In this document: positions 1-13,250 of the stretch, piece after piece
Layout: the number at the start of each line of letters is the position of its first letter
How positions within the stretch are numbered: position 1 is the first letter of the stretch
Source of the DNA: Chrysomallon squamiferum
Taxonomy: Eukaryota > Animalia > Mollusca
Assembly: GCA_012295275.1 (NCBI GenBank)
Contig: CM022665.1
Span: 31,124,001-31,188,000 of the forward strand
Direction of reading: 5' to 3'
DNA: 64,000 nucleotides
Translations under genes and position numbers: made by a program
The notes under the pieces: generated by a model
What the model saw: only the letters and a program-made list of their open reading frames with translations
The model's database searches: none
Told to the model about the DNA's origin: nothing

Positions 1-1415
1 TACATGTTTAGATTAATTCTGTGTATTAATCACTGTGTTTGTTAAATTATATTTAAAATTTTCTCTGAGACACATGATCATCAGAACATGACTCATTCTA
101 TGAGATCACCATGCAGAGGAAATAGCCAGTGCACAAAATTGTGTTTGTCACACTGAAATGAAGACAAAAGCAAATAAAGAAAGTGACATCAGCAGAAGAA
201 ATAATGCCAAATAGACCAAATATGCATATCTACAAGCTGTTCTGCCATTGTGATTTGCATAAGTTAATAAAGAATACTTCATTATTCATTAGCAAATGTT
301 TAAAGATAATTTTAACTTAAGCTACTGATTACAACACATAATTAAATAATTTTTTAAACAATTAAAACAGTAACGTGATAAGTGTTAATATCAGCTTTTT
401 TTATTTTCCACACATTTGTCATTATTTGAGTAAGCTTTATGTGGCAGAGAAAAATATTTGTATGAAGTTATCAGTTTAATTTATGCTGTAATTAATAGAA
501 TTACACGTGAATAACTGTAGCATTGTTAATTAGAGAAAAGAGAATATTTCAAAGTTATCCAAATACTTTTCATTGTATTTTACGGCGGTTGAGAGGTGAT
601 ATTAACCTTGCCTTATGGAAATCTGCAGAAAATTATTCATCCTATTAAAATAATACGTTAATATCGTAATGAAATATTTCCTTTTTGTCAGGCCCTGCAA
701 GCTTTGGCAAGTCTCAGTTTATTTGTATGAAATGAACTCGACAAGGAAAAAAACAGAAAGAAAGAAAAAGTTACGCTTTTTTTCTTTCTGATAAGATCTC
801 AGATTTATATGACAAATTTAGATTGTTAAAAAATAATGGGATACTTTCTTTATTTATATGGCGGTAATTTTAATACAGCAGCACTGTTTTGCCTGGAATA
901 TTAACATTATATATTTCTACAGAATATATTTCTATTATATATATATTATTTAATTGCTAATTGATTTCTCCTAGGGGAAAAAAGTTTGAGATCGCCGCAG
1001 CACCTAAAATCATATAAGCTGTTGTGTAACTACTCGAATTCAACCTGATTAGACACCAAGTAGAAGTAAAGTTAATTATCATCATCAACCTATAATTGTT
1101 TTAAAAAAAAGAAGAAAACAAACAAAAAAAAAGTCACTGCGTCTATATGGCTCGGTTTCAACGAATGCAATTTTTATTTTATTTTATTTTATATGTACTT
1201 ATTCAATTTATTTATTTTAGATAGCGTTCGTGGGGCAGTGCTATTATATTTTATTACAAATTATATACAGATTAGCAGGAGACGGCGAGAATGAGAGAGA
1301 TGAAACTGATATTTATTTCCCGCATGTGGAATCGTAACAATTTATATTCATAATCTGATAATTAATTACTTAAATATAATAGTTTTCTGAAGATAATTTG
1401 ACACTACTGGATGAA

Positions 1416-1547
1416 TTTACGGTTTGTGTTTACAACCAGCGGTCCTGTTTATATGAATAAACTGAGATTGAGCGGGAGTTACATTTCTGTTTACTACCAG
1501 TGATGCTGTTCATATGAATAAAGTAAAACTGAGCGGAAATTACGGAC
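1416..1547. repeat. Degenerate ~59-bp tandem repeat, about 2.3 copies
   Basis: TGTTTACAACCAGCGGTCCTGTTTATATGAATAAACTGAGATTGAGCGG recurs as TGTTTACTACCAGTGATGCTGTTCATATGAATAAAGTAAAACTGAGCGG about 59 bp later. Confidence 0.75.
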
Positions 1548-2353
1548 TTTCATAGTAAGACTACTGCTGTTTACCGTTTTACATTTACATTGCGTTATCA
1601 AAATAATTTCGATTCTGTAAAGAAATATAGATTATTACAGATACTTTTTTCTGCATTAAAAAAAAAGAAAAAAAAAAAAACCAACTGGAAATTAATTTAG
1701 AAAAAAATTATTTATTATTATTTATTATTATTATCATTGGGGCTTTTCCTATAACATAACCGACAATTTTATAATTAATGTAATTTTAACATCCATGTAA
1801 TAACCATATTAAGAATAATTGATAACATTACATGGCCTAGTAAAAATAAGGAGTACTTTTTATATCCTGTCTCAGAACAAGTGTAAGATGTATTTCTTGT
1901 TTTAGTTTAAATACGAGTAGAGAGTCAAAAATATATAGGAAGCATCAGATTAAAAAGTACCAGAATAAAATGTTAATTTTTATTGTTGTTGTTGTGCTCT
2001 ACAATTTAAACTAGATTATATTCAACCTGAAGAGTACATGACAAATACGGAGTCTGTTTCATTGATATATTATCAATTGCAGTCAAATTAATATCTTATT
2101 TAATAAGAGAAGTTCAGGTTTAATTAGAAATATAAAGGGACTTGCACGATATAATCTGTGCTGATGTAAACCTTGTAAGGAATATGAAGAAGAAAAAAAA
2201 AAATCAGTCTCGCAATCTCTACTGCTCTTCTACTACTGATACTACTATTACTACTACCATTGCTACTGTTAACATCACTTATTACACTTGTTTTAGACAT
2301 ATAAAGACAACATTCTTTTTATTAATATTTATTTATTGTTTTCATTATTATTG

Positions 2354-2478
2354 TACAGGGTGTCCACAAAATCTGGGTACATGGGGGAATTTTACTATGT
2401 CATTTATTTATGTTATTTTTCTTACCCAGATCGAATGATGGCTCTGTCTAAAGAAGAAAGAATCGAGTTGGTACTAGT
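2354..2478 (+). mobile_element. Truncated Tc1/mariner-type element: left TIR plus start of the transposase
   Basis: TA followed by CAGGGTGTCC (typical Tc1/mariner TSD and TIR start) at 2354. Then ATG at 2435/2438 gives MALSKEERIELVL, which resembles the N-terminal HTH start of mariner-like (DUF4817-type) transposases. It runs into AT low-complexity sequence, and I see no right TIR. Confidence 0.6.
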
Positions 2479-3762
2479 TATTGCAATTGTTTATTTTATT
2501 TATTTATCATTATTATTATTTGTTATTATATGTAGTTTATTTATTATATTTATTTATATTATGTTTTACTATTATTATTTATTTTAAGTTTATTTTTATT
2601 TTTTTCTATTTTATTTTAAACTTTTTGTTAATCATTAAAAGAATATGAGAATAACATTTTAAAGAATAATAATACAAAAATATACCATATTTAAAGTTAA
2701 AAAGATTATTTATAATATATGATGTAAAAATACATAAATTGATATTTACATAATTTAATATTTCTTACTGTAAGATGATTGATATAATCCATTGTAAGTT
2801 ACTTATTTTACATTGATCCCAGAATACAAGCTGCAAAGCTGAGAAGATTGTCAGGTGTGACGCAAAGCAACATATTTTACCTTCGCAGCCTAAAAATATA
2901 AAAACAGTTTTAAGTAATCAGATGTTATTTATTGTAATTATTCATAGTTAATTAATATTTTTAAAAAAGCTCACACACATATTAAATTAAATTAATATAA
3001 ATATAATGTTACTGAAGTATTTTTCATGTATATTTAAATATTATTTTTATATTTTTTAATGTAATCATACTGAACAGATTTTTTTGTTTTTATGACTTCA
3101 TTTTTCAAACTCATCTGGCAATATGTTTCTACTGCCTTTGAAATATACTGCCATAATAACACACTCATATGTATATAAAACATAACATTTTCATTTTCTT
3201 TTTGTAAGATTAAATGTAATTCTATAATAAAATAAGTGTAAATTTCAACAAAAAAAAGGCAAAGAACATCTTATTACTAACAATAATAATACTAATTTAA
3301 ATTTGATTATCTATTTGGGCTTCGAATACCTTTTTAAAAAAAAAAAATTAAAATCAATTTTAAGAAAAAAAAGAAAAGAAAATGTAAGTAACAAATAACA
3401 GAAAAGCTTCCATCTCAGTTTAAATAATTACAATAGAATTTAAAATAAATAAATAAATAAATAAAAATCAACACCCTGCTTTCTGCGTGTTCAAACAAAC
3501 ATTTCTATTACATAGTGATCAACAAATTCCAGTCAAAAGTCTAAGGATATTCAGTAATTGTACAGTATCTGAATCTTTGATAACTTCATGTGGTATCTAT
3601 ATAGCTGTTCCACCATTACGTCCGGGATACTACATCCAGTCAGTAACCTGACTTGTGATAAAACAAATTCAACTCACATCCCAGCTAACTATATACATGT
3701 ATGTATGTACATAATGCTGTATCACCAGTGGATGGGAGATAAAATAAAATAAATAACTGAAA

Positions 3763-3765
<3 letters not shown>

Positions 3766-3798
<33 letters not shown>
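3766..3798. repeat. (CA)n microsatellite
   Basis: Perfect dinucleotide run. Confidence 0.95.
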
Positions 3799-3800
<2 letters not shown>

Positions 3801-4089
3801 CTTGTCTTTGTGGTGTGTGTTTTGAATCCATGAAAAACATATAAAATAATTTGATTATAATATTAGATCATCATATAACATACAATTCTAATAATAAAGT
3901 GAAAAAAACCTCATGGACATTAATTTCAAACACCACTGCTATTTATAAAGGTATTAATTTCACTTTATTGTTACTTTCTAAAACATGAAACTATTTATTT
4001 GATTTTGTTATTATTATTATTATTTAATTTTAATTTTTCTTTCATTTTCTTTGTATCATCCATTAGTTAGTTTGTATTAAGTACTGAAG

Positions 4090-4870
4090 GTTTGTCTGTT
4101 TTGTGTCTCCTGTCATCTCAATGTCTCTGTTCTTGGGTGTGGGCTATCTGTTTAATTTTTGTGGTCTGGTGTGGTGTGCATGTCTGTGTTTTATGTGACT
4201 TGTGCTGCACGGGGTCTAACCTGTGTCTTCAGTATGTTTTAGTGTGTTTTGTATATATCTGTTGTTGTTGCAAGTATGTTTTTTGTATGTTTGATATAGT
4301 TGCATGAATATCTTGTATGTGTTTGTTGTTGTTGTTGCATGTTTGGGTTTGTGTCCAGCCCGATATGTTAGGTGGTGTTTTGTTTTGTTTGCTTTGTCCT
4401 GTATGGTGTTTCAAATGTCTGTCTTGTATATTTGCTTTGTTGTATCTGTGTATGTTTTTTATTTATGCTGTTTATTAAATAGTGTTTGATGTGTTGTCTC
4501 TGATATGTCTGTAGTTTCTACTGTGTTGTGTATCAAACACATGCACCAAACACAACATGTGTCATCTACACAGCACACAACAGTACACAGAGTACTCACC
4601 ATCACACACTGATGGCTAGTGTGCTGTTATATGTTGAGTTTTAGGTATATGGTATGTTTAGTGCCTGTGTTGGACTTGTATGCATGTCTTGTGTGTGTAG
4701 TTTGTATATTGTCTACGTTTTTGTTATGTGTTGTTTCGTGTTTTCTATGATATGGTATGTTTCGTGAGGTGTGACATTTTGTTTGCCTTCTCCTGTATAT
4801 TGTATTAATTGTGTGTCATGTATATGTTTGTTGTTTTTATTGTGGTTGTTTATTTCTTCTGTTTGTGTTT
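4090..4870. repeat. TG-rich dispersed repeat with an internal hairpin core (4536-4671); inverted homolog at ~12350-12870
   Basis: CATGCACCAAACACAACATGT...GGTATATGGTATGTTTAGTGCCTG aligns with the reverse complement of 12617-12732. Confidence 0.65.
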
Positions 4871-5049
4871 AAATCCCTTGTCACTGCTATCTACCACCAC
4901 TTGGCATCACTGGTAATGAATGTGACTCCAGGGAAAAAAAACCCCAAAACCCCTAGAAAATTAATGGTTATGATCAAAGGGGAATAACTCCAACCACATA
5001 ACAAATGCAATAATGAACCCCAGCACAAAAAAAACAGATTTGCTGTTGG

Positions 5050-5720
5050 GAGTAAAATAATGTAAAAATATCAAAAGTTTATAAAACGCAGTATAAACAG
5101 CTGGGTAAAATATAAATATCACATTTGATTGAAATTTAAAATTTGCTATAAAAGAAATTTTCTTTTAGAAATTTAGTAAAAGATTTGAGCGGTATCTAAA
5201 CAATTTACCACATTTATCAAATATATTCATGTCTCATTAGAATGACTGCATTCCAGTAAAATGTGGTGAACTGTCAAAGTACACTGAAAGTGCTCACACT
5301 GAGGTGGAGGATCTTTCTTTAAGAGACATGAATGAGTCAAGTGTGCACGACACAAGACATATTCATCCTTTCTGCACTGCCTGTAAGAGTTCTGCCAATG
5401 TCCCAGTGCTGGCTTAATAGAATGAGATTTGTTTGTGTCAGCACCAAGTTATTTTGCCAAGTGGAAACAATATACTGACTGATATGATGCTTAAAATCAA
5501 TATCAGGTACACCAACCTTAGCATGTGACAGATCCAAAGCAGCCTTAGCAGCAGAATCTGCCTTTCATCACCCCTTATGCCAGTATGTCATAACAGAAAA
5601 TAATGTTCTTATTGGTAATATTTAAAAAGTCCATCTTTCCTGTCACCATCCCAATAAAGGTATGATCCAGCTTCTGTGCTGTAAAGTTTGGAGAGATAGA
5701 AGTGAGTCTGTACAAAAAAT
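5050..5720 (-). mobile_element. 5'-truncated, frameshifted non-LTR retrotransposon (I/Nimb-group-like): RNase H domain, C-terminal Cys/His knuckle and 3' UTR
   Basis: The minus strand, read across frameshifts, gives TDSLLSLQTL...NKNIIFC..HTGIRGDE..ADSAAKAALDLSHAKVGVP (RNase H motifs DS and HxGIxGxExAD). It continues ...LLKKDPPPQCEHFQCTLTVHHILLECSH...FLKENFFYSKF* with the stop at 5136-5138. Confidence 0.88.
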
Positions 5721-7013
5721 GACGAGGATGAGGATATATATAAATATATCAAGGGGTTAGGCATACTGTATAGTAGCCATTGCAATATTCCAGTCTGACA
5801 TCACAAGTTCATTCACCAGTGTTTTTGTGGCATCAACTGGTCAGTGACTGCCTGATTCTACCAATATTCTGTAGCTGAGCATAACTTGACCGACATATTA
5901 CATTCAGTTGATAATTCATAGTAATCGTAGAATCAAACAGAAACTCCATGATTTCTCACACACGGTTTTTACGTCTGCCTACAATACAGCCACTAATGTA
6001 CTACATAAAATGATGTATGGCTGGAAATTGGCTTTCGAAATAAACTCACCATGTTTAAATAGAAAAGAATAATTTATTCATTTATGTTACCTTTATTTCT
6101 ACTTGACAAAAAATTAAGATAAAACAGCCATTTAAACCAATGAAAGGTGCAAGTGAAATGGTATGCTTCTCATTGGTGACATCGCTTGATCAAAGACAAG
6201 GGCAGGATTTTCAAATCTCTGCCTTCAGTATTCAAAACCCATTATTATCATTTGTTCATAAATTTATAATATAATCGTATTTCCTTAATGTAATTAATGT
6301 ATTCTTTTTTTTTATTTATTAATTCCATTATTTTTAATTTGAAGAGCTAATACTTTTATTTATTTCCAATTCTGAATGAATGACTTTTATCATGTCTAAC
6401 ATAAACACAGTTTTTACGTTCACTTACACGCTTGTACATAATATCCTAGCAGAATATTGAATATTGATAGTCAGCTTGGATTTTTATAAAAATATTTTGT
6501 TGTTTTAAAAACAACGATAGAAGTGCTATGTTCCATAACAATGGACGATATGAACTTAACTTCCAATTCATTTCTGATCATTAGTATGAATTTCCTTGTT
6601 ATAAATAATGTGGAAGATTATACAGTTGAATTGTACTGCATTTCACAATAATTGTAGCTGTTTTTATCTACTAGTTATAAATAAGAAGTTTGTAAAACAT
6701 TTTCTCCCGCCTCAATGACATCTGGACATCTTTGTTACAAGAAATAATATATTATACACATTTTCTAAATGGCAGTTATGTAAAGTTAAAAATTACATTT
6801 TTCATGAAATTGCCATGAATTTGTTATAATGCTTATTGGTTTTGTTTAATATTTAAAAAAAAGAAAAAAAAGAGGAAGAATAAACAAAACAAATGTATAC
6901 ATCTCTCTCTCTCTCCAAACACACACACATACACACAAAACAACAACTAATAAACAACAACAAAAAACCAACGCCATAAATCATTACGAGCACTGTAGCT
7001 TTAAATACCCATC

Positions 7014-7109
7014 AGTACCGCAATCTTTTCCCCAAGTTTCACCACATTCGTCAATTGCGGTCTGATTCTGGCGGATGCAAGTGAAACTCGGAGGAAAGAT
7101 AGCAGTACT
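7014..7109. mobile_element. Small foldback/MITE-like imperfect palindrome with ~40-bp arms
   Basis: AGTACCGCAATCTTTTCCCCAAGTTTCACCACATTCGTCA pairs with the right arm, whose reverse complement is AGTACTGCTATCTTTCCTCCGAGTTTCACTTGCATCCGCCA. Confidence 0.65.
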
Positions 7110-7478
7110 AAAATATGATATAATATATATTTTGGTTAGCGAGTAGTTAGTTCTGAAAGGATTACTCTGCTTGGCAGTTTGACTTTATGAAATAATTGGT
7201 AGGTGATATATCTATCATGTTTCAGCTGAAAATTTATTTTTGACGATGTCACTGTGATTGTTCCACCACTGTTACAGACAATGCATGACAATTACAAATT
7301 TTGAAATTCGAATAACATGAATACTGAATGAAAGAGCATTTTTTTTTCTCTTTTTTTTTTCATGCTCTGTAACCACACCATGAAAAACAATACACTGCAG
7401 TTAATAAGTTTTGCATCGGCTTCAAGTGTTATGATAAAAAAAAAAAAAAAAAAAATGTTATAAACATAATGTGTAAAC

Positions 7479-7762
7479 TAGTGGCATGCAGAATGGTGGG
7501 GTGGGGGTGGGGTGGGGGCGATGGACGGTGGCTCCATGCATCCAAGTGGGGGCATGGCATCCAATCAGAGAAAAGAATTTAATATATTTGGTTGATTTAT
7601 ATTTAAACTGAATAAAGTGTTTATTTTATGTTTCATCTATGTTTACATATTCAAAATATCTTGCTTTCTCATATTTCTCAGTATCAGGCCTTACATTTCA
7701 GTCTTTGGGGCATACAATCAATTAGTTGGCCCCAGGCATCACCAGACCGCTGCACGCCACTG
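7479..7762. mobile_element. Non-autonomous hAT-type MITE, 284 bp
   Basis: TIRs TAGTGGCATGCAG / CTGCACGCCACTG, flanked by an 8-bp TSD GTGTAAAC (7471-7478) / GTATAAAC (7763-7770). An 8-bp TSD is the hAT hallmark. Confidence 0.85.
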
Positions 7763-9739
7763 GTATAAACTGACCTGTCCAGAGTCTTCTGTGACTGAAG
7801 TGCTAGCTCATTTCTTCATAAACTGAGTATGTACAGTGAATTACTAAACTGAAAACTAATTGAATACTGTGACAAAAAAACCTGTGTCAAAGAGAAAAAT
7901 AATTTCTACATGTGAACATGTCTCTTATTCTCTATACAGTACTAGAAATTTAAACTAAACAGTTATTAAATATAAATGAAATTCATTAGTATAATCGGTA
8001 CAATACTAGTTTAATACTAAAATGGTCGATGATTTCAGTTTTTAATTTTTTAAATATTATTTGCAATTCAACTTAAGTGATAAAATTTAAATGTACTGAA
8101 CACAAAAGTAATGCAGTGTTTATTAAACAAATGTAATGCTATATTCATTTAAAAGTAACTTTCTGTATCTAAAACTTTAATATTAAAATTATTGTATTGA
8201 TTTATAATGTATAGTTAATGTAGAATGTGTTTGTGATAAGTAATAAAAACATGCATCATTTGATTTTCACACAATTATGAAATGATCAGAGAATGGCTTG
8301 AAGACAGCTAATAACAGTTTAAATAGTAATTTTGTTGTTGTTAATACTAGAATTTCATAGCAATTATATTACTGGTTTATTTCTAATCAATTTTCTCATC
8401 TTATATTATTTTGGTGTTTAAAGAATCACATTATGGCTGATGGTGGTTGTTGGATACAAAGTCCTAACTTCAGTTAAATTAACAAATGTAAAACAGGCTG
8501 CTGTTATTTTTGTGTTAAATTTAAAAACAATTTTTTTGTTTTGCTTTTTCATATGTAAGTTTGTACATATGTTATATATATGGTTTTCATATTTATTTAT
8601 AAATTTGTTTATTTTTTAAAATATTTCACTCTATGTATACATTTTTCATAAAAAATTAAAAAATTAATTTAAAACATTTGTGATTTGTTTTAGTTATAAT
8701 ATGTTATATTTCTCTTATTTGAAATATGCATACATGTATGTATGTATGTATGTATGTATGCATGCTTGAATGTATACATAATACATAAATATTAATTTGT
8801 CCTATTTTTGGTGATTTCCTGCAAACACACATTGTTCTCAAGCATGGTATTTCTGTCTCAGCAAGTAATTTATTTTAAAACAATAATTTTTATTTAATTA
8901 TTTTAATTTGAAAACAGTTTTTTTATTATATGTCAGTGATGTTCTTGTTAGACTGGTGCACTGGTGATATTTTCAACTTTGAAAGACAAAGCATGACATT
9001 AGTTGTTTTAGTCTGGGACTAAAAAGTTTGTGAAATTGTTTATCTGTCATAAGCAGTATGGTGGGGGGGTTTGGTTAAACTCTGATTCAGTACACACCAG
9101 TTCCATAAACACCTGACACCATGACACCACACAACACACAGCGTTTCTCCATCAACCAGGATATTTTCCATTTTCATTTTCAAGATAATTGTGAAGGAGA
9201 AATATAAAACATTTTAATTTTTGTTTTTTTCTGCATCTGACACAAATGATTAAGTAAAGTTAAGGAAATGTAACTGGTTACTTTTATGATTTTTTTTTAT
9301 TAACACCAAGGAGGATATCCCCATAATCAGGTAATGTATACCATAGACTGTGATACTTAACTTATGCTGTTAGTCAGACCTCTTTATAATACATAGGCTG
9401 TATCAGTTCGTATATACAGTATATTGTTATATATAGTCCATGTTACTTATATTGCTTTGCAGACAGTCACTGTTCTGAAGTTTGTTTATGGATAGTAAGA
9501 ATCAATTTTGATCACGATTATAATAAATTAATAATGTGAGCCCTGTTACCTAATTATATTAAAACTTGAACTAACACATGTCCTAAAGTGTAACATTTTT
9601 GTATGAAATAAGTTTAACAACAATGAAAACGTTTCATGTTATTTTCATTATTTTGTTGACTGAAGCAAACTGTTGTGGTGTATTACATGATGTATGAGTC
9701 TTCTGCATTTTGTTTGTTATTGTTAAGAGTTCTGCATGA

Positions 9740-10095
9740 TGTGTGTACTGTGTGATGTGTATGCTGTGGTGCACATTTCTAATCCTTCCTTGTTTTATAC
9801 ATACATGTGTGCGTGTGTGTGCACATATGTGTTGTCTCTGTGTATGTCTGGTTGTTGTATTTGTGTGTGTTGAATGTTGTATTTGTGTGTGTGTAGTATG
9901 TTGTATTTGTGTGTGTGTCTGTTGTATGTTGTCTGTGTGTGTTGTATTTATGTGTCCATTGTATGTTGTATTTGTGTGTGTGCATTGTATGTTGTATTTG
10001 TGTGTGTCCATTGTATGTTGTATTTGTGTGTGTTGTATGTTATATTGTGTGTGTATGTTGTGTGTGTGTGTGATGTGTATATCTGTGTGACATAA
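9740..10095. repeat. TG-rich degenerate minisatellite (TGTATGTTGTATTTGTGTGTG-like units)
   Basis: Repeated GTTGTATTTGTGTGTG motifs. The overlapping C/V-rich ORFs are compositional. Confidence 0.85.
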
Positions 10096-10195
10096 GCTGG
10101 GTGAGTTGTGTTCATGTATGATCTACATTAATGTTATGTATGATGTGGTTTCTTTTATATAGGTGTGGTTTTTTGTGTTCTTCTTACATGTGCAG

Positions 10196-12348
10196 ACCAC
10201 ACACCCACTAACACACCACACACCACACACACCAAATACACACCAGACACACCACACACCATATGCATGACACACACCACATACCACACACAACAAACAC
10301 ACACACTGCACACACCACACACACTCCACACACACCTGACACGCCATACACTGCACACACTCCACACACCACACTCACCACATCATACACACCACAGACC
10401 ATACACTCCACACATCACACACCACACTCACCACATACCATACACTCCACACACATCACACACCACACTCACCACACACATCATACACTCCACACACCAC
10501 AGACCATACACTCCACACATCACACACCACACTCACCACAGACCATACACACCACATACCACAGACCATACATTCCACACATCACACACACCACAGACCA
10601 TACACTCCACACACATCACACACACCATACACACCACACACCATACACTCCACACACATCACACACCACACTCACCACACACATCATACACTCCACACAC
10701 CACAGACCATACACTCCACACACCACAGACCATACACTCCACACACTCCACACTCACTCCACACACCACAAACCATACACTCATCACACACCACACTCAC
10801 CACACACACCATACATTCCACACACACTCCACATACCACAGACCATACACTCCACACACCACAGACCATACACTCCACACATCACACACCACACTCACCA
10901 CACACACCATACACTCCACACACTCCACATACCACAGACCATACACTCCACACACATCACACACACCATACACTCCACACACTCCACACACATCACACAC
11001 ACCATACACTCCACACACTCCACACACCACAGACCATACACTCCACACACATCACACACACCATACACTCCACACACATCACACACACCATACACTCCAC
11101 ACACATCACACACCACACTCACCACACACATCATACACTCCACACACACTCCACATACCACAGACCATACACTCCACACACCACAGACCATACACTCCAC
11201 ACACACTCCACACACCACAAACCATACACTCCACACACTCCACACACCACACACACCACCACATACCATACACTCCACACACTCCACACACCACAGACCA
11301 TACACTCCACACACCACAGACCATACACTCCACACACTCCACACACACCACAGACCATACACTCCACACACCACAGACCATACACTCCACACACCACAGA
11401 CCATACACTCCACACACTCCACACACCACAGACCATACACTCCACACACTCCACACCTCACAGACCATACACTCCACACACTCCACACACCACACTCACC
11501 ACAGACCATACACTCCACACACTCCACACACCACACTCACCACAGACCATACACTCCACACACTCCACACACCACAGACCATACACTCCACACACTCCAC
11601 ACACATCACACACACCACAGACCATACACTCCACACACTCCACACACATCATTCACATCACACACCACACTCACCACATACCATACACTCCACACACTCC
11701 ACACACACATCACACACACCACAGACCATACACTCCACACACCACACACCAGACACTCCACACACACCACAGACCATACACTCCACACACTCCACACTCA
11801 CCACAGACCATACACACCACAGACCATACACTCCACACACTCCACACACATCACACACACCACAGACCATACACTCCACACACTCCACACACATCATTCA
11901 CATCACACACCACACTCACCACATACCATACACTCCACACACTCCACACACATCACACACACCACAGACCATACACTCCACACACCACACACCAGACACT
12001 CCACACACACCACATGCACCACAGACACCCACTCTCACACACACATGCAATCACACACTCTCACACCCTCTCACACTCACACACACTCACACACACACAC
12101 TCACACACTCACATACACAGAGACACATACACTCACACACACTCACATATTCTCTCAAACACACTCTCTCTCACACACATACTCAGACACACATACATTC
12201 ACACACGCTCACACATGCTCACGCACCACACACACCATACACTGCACATGCACCACACACAACACACTCCACACAACACATACTCACACACACACACGCA
12301 CACTCACACATGCACTCACACACATGCACACACTCACACACACACACA
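10196..12348. repeat. CA-rich minisatellite of ~22-bp CACCACAGACCATACACTCCACA units and variants, ending in degenerate (CA)n
   Basis: Dozens of ACCACAGACCATACACTCCACAC units. The + strand has very few G/T, which explains the 766/801-aa H/T/P ORFs. Confidence 0.93.
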
Positions 12349-12349
12349 G

Positions 12350-12870
12350 TGTGTGTCTGTGTTTTGGTTCCGGACCCAAAACACAGAAAACACCAGCACA
12401 GGGAAGAAACCAGACACCAGAGAACACACATCCAACAACAGCAAACAATGCAATGTATACATTAGACCAACAAACACAGGATACAAAATGCAAATATGAA
12501 ACAACAACAAACATATATAATGCATTCATTACACTAACCACAAAGGACAAGGCTCATGAAACACTGCACCCCAGCAATCAAAACAAGACCACAGGACCTG
12601 TAAGACAAAATCACCACATGCACCAAACATACCATATACCAAGTTCCCAACAACATAATGTGCAGTAGCCACCATGCTGTGTCGTGGTGTGTGTTCTGTT
12701 TTGTAGGTGGTACATGTTGTGTTTGGTGCCTGAGTGGTGTGCACAAGACAGAACAAAAAACAACAACTACATAACAGACAGTCCATCAGGCATAACATAA
12801 AAACACAACACACACATGTACATAACACACCGGACAGAAAATACAAACCTATGCAACATTTTTTAAACCA
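12350..12870. repeat. CA-rich dispersed repeat (inverted homolog of 4090-4870), starting with a 32-bp palindrome
   Basis: TCTGTGTTTTGGTTCCGGACCCAAAACACAGA at 12356-12387 and a hairpin core at 12613-12738. Confidence 0.6.
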
Positions 12871-13218
12871 ACAAACCTTTTTTTTTTTTTTTTTTTTTAC
12901 CACTCTAAATATAATGACAAGCTGTTCTTTTTCATTTATTTAGAAGAAACAGATATTTTGTATGTATGAATTAGGAAAGTGGAAAGTGGTGGCTTTGGTA
13001 AACCAGAGATGGAACACTGAGTGTGATGGGAAATCACTGATAGAAAATTGTAAATTAAATAATCCATTTTGTATCAGCTGTCTAAACACTCAGCCACTTA
13101 TTTTAGAACATATTTTTAAATAAATATACAAGAGTTTGTTATAGGAAAATATTTTTCTTTCCTATTTTCATTAAATTTTTGTTTTGTTATTTGTGTTGTT
13201 ACTACTACTACTACTACT

Positions 13219-13250
<32 letters not shown>

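Noticed and set aside
10165-12668. 766-aa and 801-aa His/Thr/Pro-rich ORFs
   Set aside because: Two overlapping frames are open because the CA-rich repeat strand rarely forms stop codons. One starts at a non-ATG codon, and there is no domain or gene structure.
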